From an uncultured Verrucomicrobiota bacterium (GTDB lineage: Bacteria > Verrucomicrobiota > CALLYA01 > CAYNBQ01): a stretch of 64,000 nucleotides of DNA. The notes under the pieces are model-generated. The model searched no databases and was not told the DNA's origin. It was given only the letters and a program-made list of their open reading frames with translations. Below, piece by piece: positions 1 through 8,352 of the stretch; the first letter of the stretch is position 1; each line of letters begins with the position of its first letter. Made by a program: the position numbers and the translations under genes. The stretch spans positions 16,731 to 80,730 of the forward strand of contig CAYNBQ010000002.1 in assembly GCA_964395275.1 (NCBI GenBank), written 5' to 3'.

Positions 1-238
1 GGTATCCGCGCCCGTAGACCGATTCGACGATCTCGCGCACCTCGGTTCCGTTGCCTCCGTTGTCGGAAACGAGCAGGTCGATCCGGCCGTAGTCCTGCGC
101 CCGGACCGACCGCAGCGCCCGCGGCAGGGAATCGAGACGCCGGTAGACCGGGACCGCAAGGGTCACCAGCGGCGCTTCCCGCGCCCCGGCCCGGGTTGCG
201 CCGCCCGGAAGGTCGTCTGATGGGGGCGAACTAGGCAT
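1..238 (-). CDS. Glycosyltransferase family 2 (N-terminal part; 3' end beyond window)
   Basis: Reverse-strand translation from ATG at 238 gives MPSSPPSDDLPGGATRAGAREAPLVTLAVPVYRRLDSLPRALRSVRAQDYGRIDLLVSDNGGNGTE, a GT2 N-terminal signature (D..DN). ATG overlaps the upstream stop in an ATGA arrangement. Not listed in the ORF track because it runs off the edge. Confidence 0.6.
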   Translation of the reverse strand, partial: MPSSPPSDDLPGGATRAGAREAPLVTLAVPVYRRLDSLPRALRSVRAQDYGRIDLLVSDNGGNGTEVREIVESVYGRGY

Positions 239-920
239 CTTCCCGTTCCGGCGAGGGCCGCGGTTTGATCACCTTCGCCGGGATTCCGGCGGCGATCGTC
301 TCCGGCGGAATGAAGCCGGTGACCACCGAACCGGCGCCGACGACGGCGCCCTCGCCGATCTCGGCGCCGGAGAGGACGACGACCCCGGCCCCCAGCCAGG
401 CATGATCCCCGATCCGGATGTCGCCCTTCACGCGGAGTCCCTGCCCGGAGATCGGGCGTCCCCGATCGAAACGATGATCGTGGGGGAACAGGAAAGAGCC
501 GGGACCGATCTCGACGTCGGAGCCGATTTCGATCCCGCCCGCGTGGGCGCTGAGGAAACAGCGGGGCTGCAGATGGGTGTCCTCTCCGATCCGGATCGTC
601 CCCCCTACCCCCGTTTCCAGAACGACGTCCATGTGAAGATCGACCCGGTCCCCGATGGAGATCCCGCCCCCTCCCCGGTACCGGTAGATCACCACCCGGT
701 CTCCGACGAAGACCTTCCGGCCCCATTCGATCCGCTCGTGGTGAATCCGGGCGCTGGGCGCGATGTAGAGGGGCGCATGCTCGCGCGCGAGATCCCGCAT
801 CCCTCGGAACGGGGGCGCGAACCATCCGGCGAACCATGCCGCGCATCGCCCGGGCCGGCTGCGGCCGCATCGCCGCAACCAGAACCGCGTCCAGCGCGCG
901 CGCAGGGAGGACGGCGTCAT
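231..920 (-). CDS. Hexapeptide-repeat (LbH) sugar O-/N-acetyltransferase
   Basis: ORF 231..977, trimmed to ATG at 920 (MTPSSL...). Repeated [LIV]G-x-x-x-x hexapeptides (IGDRVDLH, IGEDTHL, IGSDVEIGPGS, IGDHAWLGAGVVVLSGAEIGEGAVVGAGSVV). ATGA overlap with upstream deacetylase stop. Confidence 0.8.
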   Translation of the reverse strand: MTPSSLRARWTRFWLRRCGRSRPGRCAAWFAGWFAPPFRGMRDLAREHAPLYIAPSARIHHERIEWGRKVFVGDRVVIYRYRGGGGISIGDRVDLHMDVVLETGVGGTIRIGEDTHLQPRCFLSAHAGGIEIGSDVEIGPGSFLFPHDHRFDRGRPISGQGLRVKGDIRIGDHAWLGAGVVVLSGAEIGEGAVVGAGSVVTGFIPPETIAAGIPAKVIKPRPSPEREDA

Positions 921-1684
921 GATTTTTCTCCTTCCGGCCCGCCCGCGGCGTCGCGCACCTCCGGCGGCAGCGGCCACGGATCCACGACCGGCCGGCCGGA
1001 CCCGAGCAGATCCGGCACCGTCACGAAACTCAGCTTCCCGGCGCTGCGCGCCAGGAAACGATCGAGGGCCTCAAGCATGACGCGGCGTTGCGGCAGAGGC
1101 GTCTGCAGGAGCGCGGGCTCCCCCGCCCCGGCCGGTTCTCCCGGTTCCGGGATCTCGAGACGGTCGTGCAGGAGCACGATCGCTCCGGGGGCGATCCTCC
1201 GCAGCAGCCTTCTCTCGAGATGTTCCGCGTCGGGATCCCACCAGTCCCCCGAATCGATGTTCCAGCCGACGATCCGATACCCCAGCAGCGCGGCGTCCCA
1301 TCGCCCCCCGGCGGTCTGCCGACCGAAGGGCGGACGGAAGAGACGCGTGCCGTGCCGCCCGAGGAGCTCCGCGCATCTGCGGATCTGTTCGCGGCGAACC
1401 TTTCCCGGGATCGCCGTCCAGCAGGGATGATCCCAGGAATGATTCCCCACGGCATGACCTTCGGCGGCGGTTCTCGCGACGATTTCGGGAGCCTCCCGCG
1501 CCCGGATTCCGAGCATGAAGAAGGTCGCCCGCGCGCCGTGACGCTTGAGGATGTCCAGCAGTTCCGCCGTCGATTCCGCGTCCGGTCCGTCGTCGAACGT
1601 CAACGCGACCCAGGGACGATCCGTTCGAACGCGGACGACCGTCCCGGGCGCAAGGAGGGGAAACCGCCGCACGGGACGTCTCAC
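917..1684 (-). CDS. Polysaccharide deacetylase (NodB homology domain)
   Basis: ORF 917..1684. ALTFDDGPD...HGARATFFMLG...GHAVGNHSWDHP motifs are typical of the CE4/NodB family. GTG start preceded by AGGAGGGG RBS at 1691-1699 on the minus strand. Confidence 0.8.
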   Translation of the reverse strand: MRRPVRRFPLLAPGTVVRVRTDRPWVALTFDDGPDAESTAELLDILKRHGARATFFMLGIRAREAPEIVARTAAEGHAVGNHSWDHPCWTAIPGKVRREQIRRCAELLGRHGTRLFRPPFGRQTAGGRWDAALLGYRIVGWNIDSGDWWDPDAEHLERRLLRRIAPGAIVLLHDRLEIPEPGEPAGAGEPALLQTPLPQRRVMLEALDRFLARSAGKLSFVTVPDLLGSGRPVVDPWPLPPEVRDAAGGPEGEKS

Positions 1685-1690
1685 GGAACC

Positions 1691-1699
1691 TCCCCTCCT
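1691..1699 (-). promoter_or_regulatory. Shine-Dalgarno sequence (AGGAGGGGA) 6 nt upstream of the deacetylase GTG start
   Basis: Reverse complement of tcccctcct lies in the 21-nt gap between the GT2 stop and the deacetylase start. Confidence 0.5.
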
Positions 1700-1705
1700 G
1701 CGCGG

Positions 1706-2599
1706 TCACACGGGGGGCACACGGTGAAGAACGCTTCCCTGGAGAAGGCCCAGCAGCCAGCCGAATCGCCAGCACCAGGCGAGCCGCGCCTCCGGATCGA
1801 GGAGCTTGCGCGTCTCGCGCGCCAGGCGTTTCCACTTGCGGAGGTATTCGCGCCAGGGACGACGCCCCGGCGGTTCCCCCCGTCCGTAGCGGCGATAGAT
1901 CAGTTCGTTGTACCGGGCCCATCGACGGGCCTGCCGCATCGCGCCGCCGCATCCGTCCCGGTAGCGCACGTGGAGCACGGCGTCCGGAGCGAATCCGAGC
2001 GTTCCGCCGGCCGTCTGCGCCCGGATGCAGTAGTCGGTGTCTTCGAGCATGCGCAGCGATTCGTCGAAGCCGCGGATCTCCTCGTGCAGCGCCCGTCGCA
2101 CGCCCAGACCGCTCCCCCCCGCATGCGGCAGGTACGGCGGATACCAGAGCCGTTGCACGCCGTCGTTCTGGGGGTTGGAACGGGCGCGCGCGACCCGTCG
2201 GGAATTCAGCCGTTCGGTCTCGAATCGGCTCGCCGCCAGCTCGTGTCTTCGAAGCGCCCCGGCCATCGCCGCGATCCATCCCTCGGCCGGAACGTCGTCC
2301 GCATCGCAGAAGACCAGGAACTCCCCCCGCGCGGCGCGGGCGCCCGCGTTGCGCGCGTGGGCCGCTCCGCGCCGCCCCGATGCGTCGATCCTCCGCAGGC
2401 CCGGCAGGCGGTCGACGTAGGCCCCGACGGTTTCCGCGGTATCGTCCGTCGAACCGTTGTCCGCCACGACGATCTCCCAGGGTTCGCCCCATCGCTGCAG
2501 GGTCAGCGCCTCGAGGAGTTCCCCGAGGGACCGCGCGGCGTTGCGGCAGGGAACGACCACGCTCAGGATCACGGGGGCGGATGGACCGTCCGTCGTCAA
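1706..2599 (-). CDS. Glycosyltransferase family 2
   Basis: C-terminal 297 aa of ORF 1706..3421. PVILSVVVPCRNAARSL...VADNGSTDDT...FCDADD are GT2 DXD motifs. Proposed TTG start at 2597-2599 overlaps the SDR stop (TTGA). The upstream part of the track ORF is a G/R-rich spurious extension. Confidence 0.7.
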   Translation of the reverse strand: MTTDGPSAPVILSVVVPCRNAARSLGELLEALTLQRWGEPWEIVVADNGSTDDTAETVGAYVDRLPGLRRIDASGRRGAAHARNAGARAARGEFLVFCDADDVPAEGWIAAMAGALRRHELAASRFETERLNSRRVARARSNPQNDGVQRLWYPPYLPHAGGSGLGVRRALHEEIRGFDESLRMLEDTDYCIRAQTAGGTLGFAPDAVLHVRYRDGCGGAMRQARRWARYNELIYRRYGRGEPPGRRPWREYLRKWKRLARETRKLLDPEARLAWCWRFGWLLGLLQGSVLHRVPPV

Positions 2600-3327
2600 G
2601 TCGGTTTTCTCGCGGGGCGGATGGTGATGTCCGTGATCTCCGCCGTGCGCGGCAGGTTCACCGCGGCCAGGACGACGGACGCCACGTCCGCCGGCTGGAT
2701 CAGGCGTTCGGGACGGTAGGGCCTCCCTTCGAGCCGCACGACCTCCTCCTGCATCGGCGTCGCGGTCCGCCCCAGATAGATCGTGGTCACCCGGATCCCC
2801 GACTCGTTCACCTCGTTCCTCAGGCTCTCGGCGAGGGCCTTCATTCCCTGTTTCGCCGCCGCATAGGCGCCGACCCCGGCCGGCGCGTGCAGGGCGACCG
2901 TCGAGTTCACGAAGATCACGTCTCCGCCGGCCGCCTCGAGCCGCGGCAGCAATAGGCGGGTCAGAACGTAGGGAGCGCGCACGTGGATTCGATACTGTTC
3001 GTCCATCCTGTCCGCCGGAACCTCTTCGATCGCACCGCGGACGAAGGTTCCCGCTCCGTGGAAAAGCAGGTCGAGCCGGTCCGAGTCCCGGCTGACCCGG
3101 TCCGCCGCCTCGGCGGGACCTTCCGGATCGAGGAGATCCAGGGCAAGGATCGTCCGTTCGCCGCCCCGTTTCGATATTTCCTCGCCCACTTCGGAGAGGC
3201 GTTCGAGGTTGCGGCCCAGGAGATAGACGTGAAAACCCTCCGCCCCGAGGGCCGCGGCCGTGGCCGCGCCCACCCCGCTGCTGGCGCCCGTAACCAGCGC
3301 CGTGCGCCGCGTTCGTTTCTCCGTCAC
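2596..3327 (-). CDS. Short-chain dehydrogenase/reductase (SDR) family oxidoreductase
   Basis: C-terminal part of ORF 2596..4470. TALVTGASSGVGAATAAAL is a Rossmann TGxxxGxG motif, with YAAAK catalytic Y-x-x-x-K. GTG start at 3325-3327 overlaps the upstream stop (GTGA). Confidence 0.75.
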   Translation of the reverse strand: MTEKRTRRTALVTGASSGVGAATAAALGAEGFHVYLLGRNLERLSEVGEEISKRGGERTILALDLLDPEGPAEAADRVSRDSDRLDLLFHGAGTFVRGAIEEVPADRMDEQYRIHVRAPYVLTRLLLPRLEAAGGDVIFVNSTVALHAPAGVGAYAAAKQGMKALAESLRNEVNESGIRVTTIYLGRTATPMQEEVVRLEGRPYRPERLIQPADVASVVLAAVNLPRTAEITDITIRPARKPT

Positions 3328-4664
3328 GGCATCCGTCCTTTCTCCTCCGCGCGCGGAGCGGATCCCGGCTCGATCTCCCGCAACAGACCCGCTTCGACGA
3401 GCCGTTCGGCCGCATGCGCAATCGATGCGAAGGGCATTCCGGACCGTTCCCCGATCTCCAGGAGAGAATGCCGCCCGTCGGAGAGGTTCAACGTCCAGAG
3501 CAGGGCCATGCGATCGTCCCCGCCGTCCGGCGACCCGCCGATCGAGCCGTACAACCCGCGCCGGCCGAGCTGCGGTTCGCATTTCGGGGAGAGATTGAGA
3601 TACGTCCGGTCTCCTTCGAGGATTTCGAAGGTCTCCAGGCAGACCCTGAGGCTGTCCTCCAGCGCCTCGGGACGCACGAAATCGAGATCGTCCGCGGACG
3701 TGTGGTACTGGGGATACTCGCCGAAGGGGGTCCGCATCAGGCAACCGACCGGCAGATCGAACCCGGGGGAACCGTACTGGCGTTCGTCGTACCCGTAGGG
3801 GCTGAAAGCGCGGATCTCGTGCGGACGGCCCGAGGTGCGCAGCACGTGGGCGACGGCCCGGTCGATCGAGGCGTCCCCGCGCCGGCTTCTCTTGTAGGTC
3901 GCCGCGCCCGGGTCTCCGACGCCGGCAAGGACCAGTCCGTGTCGGATCCGCGCGGCGCGCTCCTCGTTCCGGGCCAGCCAGGTGATCGAGCCGATCGTTC
4001 CGGGAATGAAGAGAAAGCGGTACGAACGGCGCCGGGGCGCGGCCGCAAGGATCCGCGCGAGGGAGACCGCGACGGTGATTCCCGAAAGATTGTCGTTGCC
4101 CAGGGAGGGATGACAGACGTGAACGGAAACCAGGACCTCGTTCTCTTCCGCGCCCCGGATGAAGCACTCCCCGTAGGTCAGGGAACCGGGTTCCAGCGTG
4201 CTGTCGATGCAGATCTCGTATTCCCCCTCGGGAAGGGAACGCCGCTGTCGGTCCGCAAGACAGAATCCCCAGTCCTCCCGATAGTAGGACGTGCGGTACG
4301 GAATCCAGTCGGGGTGTTCCGGATCGCTGTGCAGGTGCTTCTCGAGTTCGCCTTTCGAAATCCGGCGACGCACGGGGATGCTGTAGCCGACGACGTGGAG
4401 GTTCGAATCGCGGAAATCCACGATCCGCCGTCCCGCGGGATCGAGAATCCAGGCGCCGCGGATGTTCCACTCCTTCGGAACCGTCCAGTCGAAGACGGCC
4501 GTTCCCGTAGGAACCTCGACGATCTTCAGGGGGATCTCCCCGCCGATCCTGCGCAGGGTCTCCCGCACGCCGTCTCCGGTGATGCTGCGGCAGATCGGGA
4601 AGAGCGACCGCATGCGATCGTGCATCCGCGCCCCTTCGCCCTCGGACGGCTGCAGCCGGATCAT
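3324..4664 (-). CDS. Aminopeptidase-like (DUF4910/DUF2172-type) protein with degenerate M28 motif, sugar-cluster associated
   Basis: C-terminal 446 aa of ORF 3324..5288, starting MIRLQPSEGEG at ATG 4662-4664. HVCHPSLGNDNLSGITVAVSLARIL resembles the M28 zinc-binding loop (DDNASG) but is degenerate. ATGA overlap with the upstream gene. Confidence 0.55.
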   Translation of the reverse strand: MIRLQPSEGEGARMHDRMRSLFPICRSITGDGVRETLRRIGGEIPLKIVEVPTGTAVFDWTVPKEWNIRGAWILDPAGRRIVDFRDSNLHVVGYSIPVRRRISKGELEKHLHSDPEHPDWIPYRTSYYREDWGFCLADRQRRSLPEGEYEICIDSTLEPGSLTYGECFIRGAEENEVLVSVHVCHPSLGNDNLSGITVAVSLARILAAAPRRRSYRFLFIPGTIGSITWLARNEERAARIRHGLVLAGVGDPGAATYKRSRRGDASIDRAVAHVLRTSGRPHEIRAFSPYGYDERQYGSPGFDLPVGCLMRTPFGEYPQYHTSADDLDFVRPEALEDSLRVCLETFEILEGDRTYLNLSPKCEPQLGRRGLYGSIGGSPDGGDDRMALLWTLNLSDGRHSLLEIGERSGMPFASIAHAAERLVEAGLLREIEPGSAPRAEEKGRMP

Positions 4665-5230
4665 GATCCCCCTCTTCCCCGTCGCCGTCGGACGGCGTCG
4701 ACCCGGAAATCCGGGTAGGAACGGTCCCTGTCGGAGATCACGCGGACCTCCTCCGGCCAGACGACGCCGAACGCCGGGTCGTTCCATCGGACGCCCCGCG
4801 CCGATTCCGGATGGTAGAACTCCGACATCTGATAAAAGACCTCGGTGTCGTCTTCCAGGGTCAGGAACCCGTGCGCGAGACCTTCCGGTATGTACAGCAT
4901 GCGCAGGGGCCGCGCAGAGAGTCGTACGGCGAAATAGCTGGTGAACGTGGGGGAATCGGGACGCAGGTCGACGATGACGTCGTGAATCGAACCGCGGACG
5001 CACCGGACCAGTTTGATCTCCCCGTGGGGATCGGCCTGGTAATGCATTCCGCGCAGAGTGCCGCGCCGGCGGTTGTAGGAGAGGTTGCACTGCACGAATC
5101 GGTCGCACAGTCCGCGCTCGCGGAATTCGCGTTCGCACCACATGCGCGCGAAAAAGCCGCGTTCGTCTTCCATCGGTTCGGCTTCGACGACGTACGCCCC
5201 GGCGAGAGGGGTTTCGCGGAAGAGCATCAT
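4661..5230 (-). CDS. dTDP/CDP-4-dehydro-6-deoxyhexose 3,5-epimerase-like cupin (RmlC family)
   Basis: ORF 4661..5230. RmlC-like cupin sequence (GFFARMWCEREF...GTLRGMHYQ...IPEGLAHGF...YHPESARGVRWNDPAFGV). Confidence 0.75.
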   Translation of the reverse strand: MMLFRETPLAGAYVVEAEPMEDERGFFARMWCEREFRERGLCDRFVQCNLSYNRRRGTLRGMHYQADPHGEIKLVRCVRGSIHDVIVDLRPDSPTFTSYFAVRLSARPLRMLYIPEGLAHGFLTLEDDTEVFYQMSEFYHPESARGVRWNDPAFGVVWPEEVRVISDRDRSYPDFRVDAVRRRRGRGGS

Positions 5231-6531
5231 CCCAGGATTTCGATCTCCGGAATCGCCACCAGGAACCGTCCGCCCCAGCTCCGGACATGATCCAGATGGG
5301 CCATGATTTCCTCTCGCAGGTTCCAGGGGAGAATCATCACGCAGTCCGGACGGGTTTCCCGGATCCGCGAAGGATCATGGATGGGGATCCCCGTTCCCGG
5401 CAGGTAACGCCCCTGTTTCTCCGGGTTCCGATCCACGGTGTAATCGAGGAAGTCCCGGCCGATCCCGCAGTAGTTCAGCAGGGTGTTCCCCTTGGCCGGG
5501 GCCCCGTAGCCGACGATCGTCGATCCGGCGTTCTTCAACTCGATCAGCGTCGCCAGCAGATCCCGTTTCCTGCGTTTCACGCGCTCCGAGAAGGCCCGGT
5601 ACGTTTCCATCTCCCGCAGCCCGCGGTCGATCTCCCGTTGTCGAAGTTCCGCGACCCGCGGCGTCCTCCGCCGGGCCTTCTCCCCCTCCCTGCAGGCGAA
5701 GATCCGCAGGGATCCCCCGTGCGTTGGCAGTTCCTCCACGTCGAAGATGCGCAATCCGAGTTCCGCGAACACCCGTTCGACGGTCAGAAAGGAGAAATAC
5801 GAGAAATGTTCGTGATAGATCGTGTCGAACTGCCCCTGGTCGATCAACCGCATCAGGTGGGGGAACTCGAGCGAGGCCACCCCGTCGGCGGCCAGCAGGA
5901 TGCGGATGCCTTCGACGAAATCCCGCAGATCCGGCACGTGCGCCAGGACGTTGTTCCCGATCCAGAGATCCGCCGGTCCTCCTCCATCGAGAAGTTCCCG
6001 GGCCGCCACGCTCCCGAAAAAGCGTACGAGCGTCGGAACGCCGCGCGCGACCGCGGCTTTCGCCACGTTGGCGGCCGGTTCCACCCCCAGCACGGGAATC
6101 CCGGCCCGGACGAAGTACTGCAAAAGGTATCCGTCGTTGCTGGCGACCTCGATCACCCGGCTCTTCGATCCCAGGTCGAAGCGCCGGATCGCCCCCTCGG
6201 CGAAACGCCGCGCGTGTTCCAGCCAGCTCTCCGAGTACGACGAAAAATAGGCGTATTCCCCGAAGATCCTGCCGGGATCCTCGAATTCCCCGACCTGCAC
6301 CAGGAAACATTCCGAACAGACCCGCGCGTGCAGCGGATAGAAGATCTCGGCACGGGCGAGATCCTCTTCGGTGCGATAGGAATTCGCCAGAGGCGACATT
6401 CCCAGGTCCACGAACGTCTCCCGCAACGCCGAACCGCAGAAGCGGCATCGATCCCTTCCCCTGCCCTGCACGCGCCCTTTTCCCTCGGCGTTCAAGATCG
6501 GGATCCGTCCTCCGGGGGTCCCCCGATCCAT
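5227..6531 (-). CDS. SAM-dependent C-methyltransferase (TylCIII/NDP-hexose C-methyltransferase-like) with N-terminal zinc ribbon
   Basis: C-terminal 434 aa of ORF 5227..6888 from MDRGTPGG. CRFCGSAL...CSECFLVQ zinc ribbon, class I methyltransferase fold (VIEVASNDGY) and a C-terminal C-methyltransferase domain. The 5' part of the track ORF is spurious. The exact start is uncertain; a GTG about 57 nt downstream is possible. Confidence 0.7.
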   Translation of the reverse strand: MDRGTPGGRIPILNAEGKGRVQGRGRDRCRFCGSALRETFVDLGMSPLANSYRTEEDLARAEIFYPLHARVCSECFLVQVGEFEDPGRIFGEYAYFSSYSESWLEHARRFAEGAIRRFDLGSKSRVIEVASNDGYLLQYFVRAGIPVLGVEPAANVAKAAVARGVPTLVRFFGSVAARELLDGGGPADLWIGNNVLAHVPDLRDFVEGIRILLAADGVASLEFPHLMRLIDQGQFDTIYHEHFSYFSFLTVERVFAELGLRIFDVEELPTHGGSLRIFACREGEKARRRTPRVAELRQREIDRGLREMETYRAFSERVKRRKRDLLATLIELKNAGSTIVGYGAPAKGNTLLNYCGIGRDFLDYTVDRNPEKQGRYLPGTGIPIHDPSRIRETRPDCVMILPWNLREEIMAHLDHVRSWGGRFLVAIPEIEILG

Positions 6532-7544
6532 CGGAACCGTTCGTCGATTTTCCCATCGTCCAGGAGACGTTCCAGCTGTTTCAGCCGCGTGTAGAGGGGG
6601 GATTCGAACGTCTCCCGGTCGAGCCGCCGGATCTGGAAGATGCGCAACAACTCGGCGGCGACGGTGTCGATGCGGTGATTGCATCGGAAATCCGGGAGCC
6701 GGGCCGCGATCTTGGCGAAGGAGACCCGGTAGCTCCGGTTGTCCGCCGAGGGCGGGCCGAAGGTCGTCTCGCACTCCGGGAAGACCGAGGCGACGATCCG
6801 CGCGATCTCGCGGACCCGGAAGTTCTGTTCGTCGTCGCCGACGTTGAAGATCTCTCCGCAGACATCTTCCGCCGGCGCCGCCAGGCAACAGGCGACCGCC
6901 TGGGCGATGTCCCGCAGATCGACCAGGGGACGCCAGGGACTTCCGTCGCTGATCATGCGCACGACATGTTCCACCCAGGCATGTCCCGCAAGATTATTGA
7001 GCACGAGATCGAACCGCATCCTCGGCGAAGGCCCGTAGGCCGTCGCGTTCCGGAGCAGGACCGGACAGAAACGATCGTCGGCCATCTCCCGCAGGGCGCG
7101 CTCGACCCGGAGCTTGCATTCGGCATAGACGGTCTGGGGCCGCGGTTCGGATTCCTCCGTCTTGACCTCGTCGCCGCCGGCCCCGTAGACGCTGCACGAC
7201 GAACTGTACACGAAGCGGCGGACGCCCGCCTCCTTCGCCGCACGCGCCAGCTTCACCGAGGCCTCGCAGTTGATTTCGCGGGTCACCTCGGGACGGAGCT
7301 GACCGAGCGGATCGTTCGACAACTCCGCCAGATGGACGACCGCGTCGAATCCGAGGAGGTCCGAGGGCGTCAGATCCCGGGTGTCGGCTCGGCGCACCGG
7401 CGGAACGCCCACCGGCTCCTCCACGAAGGCCGCCTCGCGGAAATAGCCGGCGTCGATCCCTTCGACCTCGTGACCGCACCCCACCAGGTGCGGCCCCAGC
7501 ATCGACCCGATGTAGCCCTCGGCACCGGTCAGAAGGATTTTCAT
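6492..7544 (-). CDS. NAD-dependent nucleotide-sugar epimerase/dehydratase (extended SDR)
   Basis: ORF 6492..7544. MKILLTGAEGYIGSML is a GxxGxxG motif, with YAECK catalytic YxxxK. UDP-glucose 4-epimerase-like, not a canonical 4,6-dehydratase. Confidence 0.8.
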   Translation of the reverse strand: MKILLTGAEGYIGSMLGPHLVGCGHEVEGIDAGYFREAAFVEEPVGVPPVRRADTRDLTPSDLLGFDAVVHLAELSNDPLGQLRPEVTREINCEASVKLARAAKEAGVRRFVYSSSCSVYGAGGDEVKTEESEPRPQTVYAECKLRVERALREMADDRFCPVLLRNATAYGPSPRMRFDLVLNNLAGHAWVEHVVRMISDGSPWRPLVDLRDIAQAVACCLAAPAEDVCGEIFNVGDDEQNFRVREIARIVASVFPECETTFGPPSADNRSYRVSFAKIAARLPDFRCNHRIDTVAAELLRIFQIRRLDRETFESPLYTRLKQLERLLDDGKIDERFRWIGGPPEDGSRS

Positions 7545-7580
7545 TGCGTCACGAACCGATCCGAAACCATGGCTGCGATC

Positions 7581-8352
7581 CTACCAGATCTTCCACGGCG
7601 CTTCCCCGCGATTCCAGAGTTCCTCGAGCATGTTCTTTTCCTTCAGCGTGTCCATGCAGGACCAGAACCCGTAGTGCCGATACCCCATCAGTTCCCCGTC
7701 GTGAGCGAGCCGCTCGACCGGCTCCCGTTCCCATATGGTGTCGTCGCCGTCGATATAGTCAAGCACTTTACGGGACAGGACGAAGAATCCGCCGTTGATC
7801 CAGCCTTCCCCCGCTTCGGGCTTCTCGTAGAACTCCGAGATGCGGTCCCCGTCGAAACGGATCCGGCCGAAGCGCGCCGGGTTCCGGACCGTCGTCACCG
7901 TCGCCAGCTTTCCGTGGGAGAGATGGAATCTCCAGAGGGAGCGGATGTCGATGTCCGCAACGCCGTCTCCGTAGGTGAACATGAAGGGCTCGTCCGGATC
8001 CAGCCAGTCCGCCAGGCGCTTCAGACGGCCCGCGGTCTGCGTGTAGAGGCCCGTATCCACGAGGTGCACCGTCCAGTCGGGACGGTCGTCCCCGTGGATC
8101 TCGACCGAACCGGCCGCCAGATCGACGGTCATGTCGTTGTTGATCTCGAGGTACTCGGCGAAGTAGCGCTTGATCACGTGTCCCTGGTATCCGAGGGCGA
8201 TGATGAATTCGCGCACGCCGTGGGCCGCGTAGATCCGCATGATGTGGGAAAGAATCGGCCGGCCGCCGATCTCGATCATGGGCTTGGGACGGGCCACCGT
8301 TTCCTCGGAGATCCGCGATCCGAATCCCCCCGCCAGTATCACGGCCTTCACG
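7581..8352 (-). CDS. rfbF: Glucose-1-phosphate cytidylyltransferase
   Basis: C-terminal 257 aa of ORF 7581..8606 from GTG at 8350-8352 (VKAVILAGGFGSRISEET...). A near-full-length RfbF signature, including the C-terminal GFWSCMDTLKEKNMLEELW. GTGA overlap with the sulfotransferase stop. Confidence 0.8.

Noticed and set aside
163-870. 235-aa minus-strand ORF overlapping the acetyltransferase
   Set aside because: Alternative frame of the LbH acetyltransferase gene with RG-rich junk translation.
6492-7544. Calling this gene CDP-glucose 4,6-dehydratase (rfbG) because it follows rfbF
   Set aside because: The sequence looks like a generic UDP-glucose-4-epimerase-type extended SDR (GAEGYIGS...YAECK) and lacks the RfbG-specific N-terminal GHTGFKGSW region. 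Kept as a generic epimerase/dehydratase.
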